From assembly GCF_964355755.1 (NCBI RefSeq), contig NC_092678.1, forward strand, positions 9,502,422-9,566,421: a stretch of 64,000 nucleotides of DNA, given 5' to 3'. The stretch is from Antedon mediterranea (taxonomy: Eukaryota; Animalia; Echinodermata). The notes below the pieces were generated by a model, which was not told the origin of the DNA, ran no database searches, and saw only the letters and a list, made by a program, of their open reading frames with translations. Positions 1 to 12,100 of the stretch are shown here, piece by piece (within the stretch, counting starts at the first letter, position 1; each line of letters begins with the position of its first letter). Both the position numbers and the translations under genes were made by a program.

Positions 1-103
1 CGTAAAGAGGTATACAAGATAATAATAATGATTACATAGAATTCAGTCCTGTAAATAAATGGACACTGGAAAAATATATATTTATGTGAAAATTGTATCT
101 TAC

Positions 104-3100
104 CAGCATTTCATCTATGGTGTCCTCCACACTTGAAAATGCAACCTAGAAAAGATATACCTTAAAGTGAAGTATGTATTGCATTTGGGATAATAAAAGC
201 TTAACATTAAAATGATTTAAGATGCGAAATTGTTTTCCTTTAATTGGTAGTTATACAGCATTTATAAAACACATAAATTATACAGTTTGCATTCTTTTGT
301 TTTTTATATGAAAGTAATGACCATCCTTACCTGGACATCAGCAGTTTCATTTATATTCTGAAAGAGTGTACATAGCACATTAAAAAAAGTAAAGTAAAAT
401 TTTAGTTAATAGATGCAATGTTTGTTTTCTTGTTGATTGCTAATTATTAAAGTGTTAGATATATTCTTTATATTATGTTATGTTTCAATACAAAATAAAC
501 ATCTTTCGGGATACAAACATTTTAGACAGAAATTAAATCTTACCCCACTTCTCCCGAGTTGACGGTTTGCAGCTATAAGATTGTGGGCTCTTACAGCCGT
601 CTCCCGGGACTGCGTGGCCTTATAGTACGCCTCTTGCGTTGATAATGTGTGGGCCATATGGTCAGCAACCACAACTCTTTCCCTTTCGTCGCAGTGACCC
701 CAGGACTGATGAAATTATTTAAAGAGAAGGTAATATGTAATGAATTATTCTACACTTACAAATTGTGTCCCACATAATTCCCAAAACATGGTTTATCACT
801 TGAAAATAATATTTCTCATCTATTGATAGGTTTAAAGCAATTTAAGTAACAATAATAATAATAATAATAATAAACAGTATTTATATAGCGCCTAATGGAT
901 CACTGACCCCTCTAGGTGCTTTACATAGGACCTTAAATAATGGTAATAAACTATCCCCCGCCGGACACCATTCCGGTATTTCTTAGTCGAGCTTTCGGGG
1001 ATGGAGACAATCAATAATGTGAGGAAAAAAAATGTAATAAAGCTTAACTATGTTTAACTAAGGTAAAACAATCACATACTAGAGTGGCTGCTGCCTTTCT
1101 TAAATTGGTGGGATTGATGGGCCTGGTGCTGTGTGTTACTTCCGCCCAGTGGCGGGTCATTTCCTGAGCGCATCTAATTGATGCCCCTGTGCAACTCAGG
1201 AACAGGTGGTCGGTTGCCGATTGTATTGGCCTACAGTACTTTATGTAAATCTCTATTAATTCAGCCAGCTCTTCAGTTATCACTAAATTTGCTGCACCAA
1301 ATTTACAAGATGTTTTATGCTTTGAAACCTGCAAAATCACTTAATGATTATTAACATATAACATATAGACAACATAACAAAATTGGTTGCTAATGATGTT
1401 TTATAATTCACAATACTCTTACTGTTCTGTAGCTTACTTCATCGACTTCATCATATTTCTGTAGCTGTTGATTTGTGTAATGATAGCCCACTGAACAACT
1501 TAAACTGTGTACAACAACCAAAACATGTAAACTGTTAATTCATATATTCAAGAATACATTAAAAAATGTATATTGTACTCACTTTCATAACTGACATGCC
1601 ATTTGTGGCTGCTGTTCTTTTATAATACTGCTCCAAAGTAGCATTCGCCAGAACACCAGTCCTACAACCATTATTCATGGCCAGAAGTAGCATAATATGA
1701 ATGCGGAGGAACCGCTTAGATGGGTTTTCCATATTCTCCCCGTTTTTTATCCTTTCTGAAAGTTTGATAAACAGTTTTTTTAATAAAAACTAAATTTGGT
1801 TGAGGAACCACTTTAGTACTAAAAATCTGTTGAATCAAACTTATACATCAGTAGATTTGTATAAGTGAAGGAGCAAGACCGAAAAAAACCCCATAAAATA
1901 TGGATTTCTTACCAATAGCATTTTCTAAAAGAAATACATTTTTATGATCAGCACAAATTAAAAATAAAATGAAATAAAAGAAATAACATGTGCATGTCAG
2001 GTGGATGTTAATATTCAGGATTTGATGACTAATTAGTATTGAAAAAAGCATTCTATAAACTACTAAAACAAAATAAAAATGAAAGTGTATGCCACATCAG
2101 GATTTGAACCGGAGACCTTCGACTAGAGTGCCGATGCTCTACCAGCTGAGCTATGTTAGCATTCTATACAAGAAATAGATTTTAGTGATTAGCATGGATT
2201 AACATATTCTATAAACTACTAAACAAAATAAAAGATGCATGCAGTTATCTGGTAGATGATGTTAATATGAAAGTGTATGCCACATCAGGATTTGAATCTG
2301 AAAAATTAGCATAGATCAAATTAAAATAAAAAAAAAACTCAAACACATTCTATAAACTACTAAATAAATAAACATGCATGCAGTTATCTGGTAGATGATG
2401 TTAATGAAAGTGTATGCCACATCAGGAATAAAATCTGAGTGATTAGCATAGATTAAATTAAAGTAAAATAAACACACAAACACATTCTATAAACTACTAA
2501 ACAAAAAAAAAACATGCATGCAGTTATCTGGTGGATGATGTTAATATGAAAGTGTATGCCACATCAGGATTTGAACTCGAGACCTTCGACAAGAGTGCCG
2601 ATGCTCTACCAGCTGAGCTATGATAGCATTCTATAAAAGAAATAGATTTTAGTGAATAGCATGGATTAACACATTCTATAAACTACTAAACAAAAAAAAC
2701 ATGCATGCAGTTATCTGGTGGATGATGTTAATATGAAAGTGTATGCCACATCAGGATTTGAATCTGAGTGATTAGCATAGATTAAATTAACAAAAATAAA
2801 CACACAAACACATTCTATAAACTACTAAACAAATAAACATGCATGCGGTTTTCTGGTGGATGATGTTAATATGAAAGTGTATGCCACATCAGGATTTAAT
2901 TGAACCCAAGACCCCTGACAAGAGTGCTGATGCTCTACCAGCTGAGCTATGATAGTATTCTATAAAAGAAATAGATTTTAGTGATTAGCATGGATTAACA
3001 CATTCTATAAATTATTAAACAAAAAACATGCATGCAGTAATCTGGTGGATGATGTTAATATGAAAGTGTATGCCACACCAGGATTTGAAACCGAGTGATT

Positions 3101-6100
3101 AGCATAGATTAAATTAAATAAAATAAACACACAAACACATTCTATAAACTACTAAACAAAAAAACAACATGCATGCAGTTATCTGGTGGATGACGTTAGA
3201 TATGAAAGTGTATGCCACATCAGGATTTGAATCTGAAAAATTAGCATAGATCAAATTAAAATTTAAAAAAAACTCAAACACATTCTATAAACTACTAAAT
3301 AAATAAACATGCATGCAGTTATCTGGTGGATGATGTTAATATGAAAGTATATGCCACATCAGGATTTGAATCTGAAAAATTAGCATAGATCAAATTAAAA
3401 TAAAAAAAAAACTCAAAAACATTCTATAAACTACTAAATAAATAAACATGCATGCAGTTATCTGGTAGATGATGTTAATGAAAGTGTATGCCACATCAGG
3501 AATAAAATCTGAGTGATTAGCATAGATTAAATTAAAGTAAAATAAACACACAAACACATTCTATAAACTACTAAACAAAATAAAAGATGCATGCAGTTAT
3601 CTGGTAGATGATGTTAATATGAAAGTGTATGCCACATCAGGATTTGAACCTGAGACTTTCGACAATAGTGCCGATGCTCTACCAGCTGAGCTATGTTAGC
3701 ATTCTATACAAGAAATAGATTTTAGTGATTAGCATGGATTAACATATTCTATAAACTACTAAACAAAATAAAAGATGCATGCAGTTATCTGGTAGATGAT
3801 GTTAATATGAAAGTGTATGCCACATCAGGATTTGAATCTGAAAAATTAGCATAGATCAAATTAAAATTTAAAAAAAACTCAAACACATTCTATAAACTAC
3901 TAAATAAATAAACATGCATGCAGTTATCTGGTAGATGATGTTAATGAAAGTGTATGCCACATCAGGAATAAAATCTGAGTGATTAGCATCGATTAAATTA
4001 AAGTAAAATAAACACACAAACACATTCTATAAACTACTAAACAAAAAAAAAACATGCATGCAGTTATCTGGTGGATGATGTTAGATATGAAAGTGTATGC
4101 CACATCAGGATTTGAACCCGAGACCTTCGACAAGAGTGCCGATGCTCTACCAGCTGAGCTATGATAGCATTCTATAAAAGAAATAGATTTTAGTGATTAG
4201 CATGGATTAACACATTCTATAAATTATTAAACAAAAAACATGCATGCAGTAATCTGGTGGATGATGTTAATATGAAAGTGTATGCCACATCAGGATTTGA
4301 ATCCGAGTGATTAGCATAGATTAAATTAAATAAAATAAACACACAAACACATTCTATAAACTACTAAACAAAAAAACAACATGCATGCAGTTATCTGGTG
4401 GATGACGTTAGATATGAAAGTGTATGCCACATCAGGATTTGAATCTGAAAAATTAGCATAGATTAAATTAAAATAAAATAAAAACACAAACACATTCTAT
4501 AAACTACTAAACAAATAAACATGCATAGTTATCTGGTGGATGATATTAAAAGTGTATGCCACATCAGGATTTGAATCTGAGTGATTAGCATTAAATTAAA
4601 ATAAATAAAAACACAAACACATTCTATAAACTACTAAACAAATAAACATGCATGCAGTTATCTGGTAGACGATATTAGATATGAAAGTGTATGCCACATC
4701 AGGATTTGAACCCAAGACCCCCGACAAGAGTGCCGATGCTCTACCAGCTGAACTATGATAGTATTCTATAAAAGAAATAGATTTTAGTGATTTGCATGGA
4801 TTAACACATTCTATAAACTACTATTAAACAAAATAACATGCAGTTATCTGGTGGATGATGTTAATATGAAAGTGTGGTTGATTTAAGCATAGATTAAATC
4901 AAATTTAAATAAAACAAACACACTCTATAAACTACTAAACAAAATAAAAGATGCATGCAGTTATCTGGTAGATGATGTTAATATGAAAGTGTATGCCACA
5001 TCAGGATTTGAACCTGAGACTTTCGACAATAGTGCCGATGCTCTACCAGCTGAGCTATGATAGTATTCTATAAAAGAAATAGATTTTAGTGATTAGCATG
5101 GATTAACACATCCTATAAACCACTAAAACAAAATATGAAAAATTAAATACACAGTTATTGAGTGGATGATGTATGACACATCAGGATTTGAACTAGATGT
5201 AAATGTTCAGAAATAGGGTTATTTATTTATTATAAAATTATGTGTGAATATTTTTGCCTTTAAAATAGTTTACTTTTCCCATTCTCCTAGTTTAATTTAA
5301 TAAAATTAAAATTGCCAATCATCCAATGCCTGAAATAAAAGATAACATACTACATTTTTATATATCAATAGTAAAAGTAAAAGGATAGCCGGCCAGACAA
5401 CCATAATAATATTGTGCAAGAATGCACCCAGATAGATTTAGGGTACTTGGAAATCAATTTAACTACTACTGTACTTAGTTTAGTAAAAGGATTTTGATCA
5501 TTTATATAGTGACCTTGTCCTGGTAAATACAGGTGAACCTTAGAATAATATCATAATCAACATTTTACCTATACCTAATTACCTTTACTAACACAATGAA
5601 AAAATAAGCTAGGATTAAGGTTAGTTTTAGTTATTTCTCCTAGTTTCTCCTAGTCTTTACCTAATAACATACAATATGATAAATCTTATGATTATGAATA
5701 CATTTTATGGATAAAGAAATAATATATAAAAAAACATACCAACTATGCTTTTAATTGTTTTCTCAGATTTTCTGAGATAATGGGATTGTTCGTCCGCCGA
5801 AACTAGATCACCTTAAAAGAAAATTAAAACATATTATTATTATTATTTCAATTTAAATAATATGACTTTCAAACATTTGATGAAAAGAAAAACTTTAATT
5901 CAGTAGATGTTACCTTCAATTTCTTCATGCTTTTTGGCCTTTTCTTCAGAAATGCGTTTTCTGAGAGCCTTGCTCAGGCCTTTGCATGCATCTTTGCACT
6001 TGTATATTTCGGCAAGCGAAACAGATTTAGATTCGTATATTGAAATGTATTCCAATATTTTCACAAAGGAGCACAGGTAGTGTCTTAACGTGGAGCCAGC

Positions 6101-9100
6101 AAGCTTCAATTGTAAATGGCTAACAGCACTAAACAATTATTTTTAAAAAAATGAAAAGAAGAGTACAATACACAAAAATCAAATATTCAAATATGTAATA
6201 TCTTCATTATAGTAATTAGGATCGAGTGATTCATGGTAACTTCACATGGTTTCAAATTCAACTTAACATTTATTTGTTCCTTCAAGAAAATTAAGGTAGC
6301 AGGCTTAATAACACAATAATACATTAGACTCACAATCTATAGCTGACATTTAAGAAAACTTTTATTTTAATGCTAAATGAAATTTAAATTGTTTGGCTTC
6401 TTCCTTTTTCTATTAATATAATTGTAATAAAAAAATGTTACGTCTTTATTATCTTTGGAGAATATCCCTTCTCCCCTGCTTCACTCCAAATTCCCTCTAT
6501 CTCCTTTATGACCTGTGCTGCATGCTTTGCCGGTATTTTTAAAGTTTCTAACATGTAGGCCTTGAACCGGCTCATTGTTGTAGATGGCTCTATAGAAGTT
6601 AAAAAGGCTTTAATGACATTAAAAATAAGTCCATTCTTGGAAAACAAAGTTCAGGATCCGAAAGTTGACCCATGACATAATTATTATTATATTACAATTG
6701 TTATTATTACAGTAATTTTATTTATTAGTGTCTGGGATTGGTTATCTAAATTAATATTAACTATTTGGGATAAAGAGAACATTGTATTTGACCTAAAAGT
6801 AGTAGTTAGTAGTAGAAATTAGGTACTTATAATTCTCCAGCATAGATAAAATGAATAAGAATTGTTTTTGTCAATAAAAGGTACACATTTATTTTTAAAT
6901 TGAAACTATTAATTATCTATCAAAAAATGAAACTTTATAATAATTTTATAAATAAAAGGTTACCTGCAAATTTACAGACTTTTTGTTGTCTGAACTTAAT
7001 ATATTCAGGACTGCCAACCTAAAAAAAATGTAAATGTATAACTTACCTATATAACTTTGATTTGCATCACAATTAAGCTAAGAAATTAGCATGGATTAAG
7101 ACATACAGCGAAAATTAAAGTATTTAAAAACAATTACAAAGTAAATAAAAAATAAACATGCATGCAGTTATCTGATGGATGATGTTAATATGAAAGTGTA
7201 TGCCACATCAGGATTTGAATCTGAGTGATTAGCATAGATTAAATTAAAATAAAATAAACACACAAACTACTAAACAAAAAAACATGCATGCAGTTATCTG
7301 GTGGATGATGTTAGATATGAAAGAGACTTTCGACAAGAGTGCCGGTGCTCTACCAGCTGAGCTATGATAGCATTCTATAAAAGAAATAGATTTTAGTGAA
7401 TAGCATGGATTAACACATTCTATAAACTACTAAACAAAAAAAACGTGCATGCAGTTATCTGGTGGATGATGTTAATATAAAAGTGTATGCCACATCAGGA
7501 TTTGAATCTGAAAAATTAGCATAGATCAAATTAAAATAAAAAAAAACTCAAACACATTCTATAAACTACTAAACAAAAAACATGCATGCAGTTATCTGGT
7601 GGATGATGTTAATATGAAAGTGTATGCCACATCAGGATTTGAATCTTAGTGATTAGCATAGATTAAATTAAAATAAAATAAACACACAAACACATTCTAT
7701 AAACTACTAAATAAATAAACATGCATGCAGTTATCTGGTGGATGATGTTAGATATGAAAGTGTATGCCACATCAGGATTTGAATCTGAAAAATTAGCATA
7801 GATTAAATTTAAAAAAAACAAACACACAAACACATTCTATAAACTACTAAACAAATAAACATTCATGCAGTTATCTGGTGGATGATGTTAATATGAAAGT
7901 GTATGCCACATCAGGATTTGAATCTGAGTGATTAGCATAGATTAAATTAAAATAAAACAAACATACAAACACATTCTATAAACTACTAAACAAATAAACA
8001 TGCATGCAGTTATCTGGTGGATGATGTTAATATGAAAGTGTATGCCACATCAGGATTTGAATCTGAGTGATTAGCATAGATTAAATTAAAATAAAACAAA
8101 CATACAAACACATTCTATAAACTACTAAACAAATAAACATTCATGCAGTTATCTGGTGGATGATGTTAATATGAAAGTGTATGCCACATCAGGATTTGAA
8201 TCTGAGTGATTAGCATAGATTAAATTAAAATAAAACAAACACACAAACACATTCTATAAACTACTAAATAAATAAACATGCATGCAGTTATCTGGTGGAT
8301 GATGTTAATATGAAAGTGTATGCCACATCAGGATTTGAACCCGAGACCTTCGACAAGAGTGTCGATGCTCTACCAGCTGAGCTATGATAGCATTCTATAA
8401 AAGAAATAGATTTTAGTGATTAGCATGGATTAACACATTCTATAAACTACTAAACAAATAAACATGCATGCAGTTATCTGGTAGATGATGTTAATATGAA
8501 AGTGTATGCCACATCAGGATTTGAATCTGAGTGATTAGCATAGATTAAATTAAAGTAAAATAAACACACAAACACATTCTATAAACTACTAAACAAAAAC
8601 AAAAAACATGCATGCAGTTATCTGGTGGATGATGTTAATATGAAAGTGTATGCCACATCAGGATTTGAACCCGAGACCTTAGACAAGAGTGCCGATGCTC
8701 TACCAGCTGAGCTATGATAGCATTCTATAAAAGAAATAGATTTTAGTGATTAGCATGGATTAACACATTCTATAAACTATTAAACAAAAAACATTCATGC
8801 AGTTATCTGGTGGATGATGTTAATATGAAGGTGTATGCCACATCAGGATTTGAATCCGAGTGATTAGCATAGATTAAATTAAAGTAAAATAAACACACAA
8901 ACACATTCTAAACTACTAAACAAAAAAAAAACATGCATGCAGTTATCTGGTGGATGATGTTAATATGAAAGTGTATGTATGCCACATCAGGATTTGAACC
9001 TGAGACTTTCAACAAGAGTGCCGATGCTCTACCAGCTGAGCTATGATAGTATTCTATAAAAGAAATAGATTTTAGTGATTAGCATGGATTAACACATTCT

Positions 9101-12100
9101 ATAAACCACTAAAACAAAATATTAAAAATTAAATACACAGTTATTGAGTGGATGATGTATGACACATCAGGATTTGAACTAGATGTAAATGTTCAGAAAT
9201 AGGGTTATTTATTTATTATAAAATTATGTGTGAATATTTTTGCCTTTAAAATAGTTTACTTTTCCCATTCTCCTAGTTTAATTTAATAAAATTAAAATTG
9301 CCAATCATCCAATGCCTGAAATAAAAGATAACATACTACATTTTTATATATCAATAGTAAAAGTAAAAGGATAGCCAGCCAGACAACCATAATAATATTG
9401 TGCAAGAATGCACCCAGATAGATTAAGGGTACTTGGAAATCAATTAACTACTACTGTACTTAGTTTAGTAAAAGGATTTTGATCATTTACATAGTGACCT
9501 TGTCCTGGTAAATACAGGTGAACCTTAGAACAATATCATAATCAACATTTTACCTATACCTAATTACCTTTACTAACACAATGACTAAATAAGCTAGGAT
9601 TAAGGTTAGTTTTAGTTATTTCTCCTAGTTTCTCCTAGTCTTTACCTAATAACATACAATATGATAAATCTTATGATTATCAATACATTTAATGGATAAA
9701 GAAATAATATAAAAAACATACCAACTATGCTTTTAATTGTTTTCTCTGATTTTCTGAGATAATGGGATTGTTCGTCCGCCGAAACTAGATCACCTTAAAA
9801 GAAAATTAAAACATATTATTATTATTATTTCAATTTAAATAATATGACTTTCAAACATTTGATGAAAAGAAAAACTTTAATTCAGTAGATGTTACCTTCA
9901 ATTTCTTCGTGCTTTTTGGCCTTCTCTTCAGAAATGCGTTTTCTGAGAGCTTTGCTCAGGCCTTTGCATGCATCTTTGCACTTGTATATTTCGGCAAGCG
10001 AAACAGATTTAGATTCGTATATTGAAATGTAGTCCAATATTTTCACAAAGGAGCTCAGGTAGTGTCTTAACGTGGAGCCAGCAAGCTTCAATTGTAAATG
10101 GCTAACAGCACTAAACAATTATTTTTTAAAAAATGAAAAGAAGAGTACAATACACAAAAATCAAATATTAAAATATGTAATGTCTTCATTATAGTAATTA
10201 GGATCGAGTGATTCATGGTAACTTCACATGGTTTAAAATTCAATTCAAATTCAACTTAACATTTATTTCTTCCTTCAAGAAAATGAAGGTAGCAGGCAAT
10301 AATACATTATACTCACAATCTATAGCTGACATTTAAAAAAACTTTTTATTTTAATGCTAAATGAAATTTAAATTGTTTGGCTTCTTCCTTTTTCTATTAA
10401 TATAATTGTAATAAAAAAATGTTACGTCTTTATTATCTTTGGAGAATATCCCTTCTCCCCTGCTTCACTCCAAATTCCCTCTATCTCCTTTATGACCTGT
10501 GCTGCATGCTTTGCCGGTATTTTTAAAGTTTCTAACATGTAGGCCTTGAACCGGCTCATTGTTGTAGATGGCTCTATAGAAGTTAAAAAGACTTTAATGA
10601 CATTAAAAATAAGTCCATTCTTGGAAAACAAAGTTCAGGATCCGAAAGTTGACCCATGACATAATTATTATTATATTACAATTGTTATTACAGTAATTTT
10701 ATTTATTAGTGTCTGGGATTGGTTATCTAAATTAATATTAATTATTTAGGATAAAGAGAACTTTGTATTTGACCTAAATGTAGTAGTTAGTAGTAGAAAT
10801 TAGGTAATTATAATTCTCCAGCATAGATAAAATGAATTGTTTTTGTCAATAAAAGGTACACATTTATTTTTAAATTGAAACTATTAATTATCTATCAAAA
10901 AATGAAACTTTATAATAATTTTATAAATAAAAGGTTACCTGCAAATTTACAGACTTTTTGTTGTCTGAACTTAATATATTCAGGACTGCCAACCAAAAAA
11001 AAAATGTAAATGTATAACTTACCTATATAACTTTGATTTGCATCACAATTAAGCTAAGAAATTAGCATGGATTAAGACATACAGCGAAAATTAAAGTATT
11101 TAAAAACAATTACAAAGTAAATAAAAAATAAACATGCATGCAGTAATCTGGTGGATGATGTTAATATGAAAGTGTATGCCACATCAGGAATTGAATCTGA
11201 GTGATTACCATAGATTAAATTAAAATAAAATAAACACACAAACACATTCTATAAACTACTAAACAAAAAAACATGCATGCAGTTATCTGGTGGATGATGT
11301 TAATATGACAGTTTATGCCACATCAGGATTCGAACCCGAGACCTTCAACAAGAGTGCCGATGCTCTACCAGCTGAGCTATGATAGCATTCTATAAAAGAA
11401 ATAGATTTTAGTGATTAGCATGGATTAACATATTCTATAAACTACTAAACAAAAAAACGTGCATGCAGTTATCTGGTGGATGATGTTAATATGAAGGTGT
11501 ATGACACATCAGGATTTGAATCTGAAAAATTAGCATAGATTAAACTAAAATAAAACAAAACACAAACACATTCTATAAACTACTAAACAAATAAACATGC
11601 ATGCAGTTATCTGGTGGATGATGTTAATATGAAAGTGTATGCCACATCAGGATTTGAACCCGAGATCTTCGACAAGAGTGCCGATGCTCTACCAGCTGAG
11701 CTATGATAGCATTCTATAAAAGAAATAGATTTTAGTGATTAGCATAGATTAACACATTCTATAAACTACTAAACAAAAAAAACATGCATGCAGTTATCTG
11801 GTGGATGATGTTAATATGAAAGTGTATGCCACATCAGGATTTGAATCTGAGTGATTAGCATAGATTAAATTAACAAAAATAAACACACAAACACATTCTA
11901 TAAACTACTAAACAAATAAACATGCATGCAGTTATCTGGTGGATGATGTTAATATGAAAGTGTATGCCACATCAGGATTTTAATCCGAGTGATTAGCATA
12001 GATTAAATTAAAGTAAAATAAACACACAAACACATTCTATAAACTACTAAACAAAAAAACATGCATGCAGTTATCTGGTAGATGATGTTAATATGAAAGT

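Noticed and set aside
36-48. Terminal exon (GAC TGA) ending the YR protein
   Set aside because: Copy 2 shows further in-phase exons encoding a plausible domain, so this acceptor is probably skipped or alternative. Unresolved.
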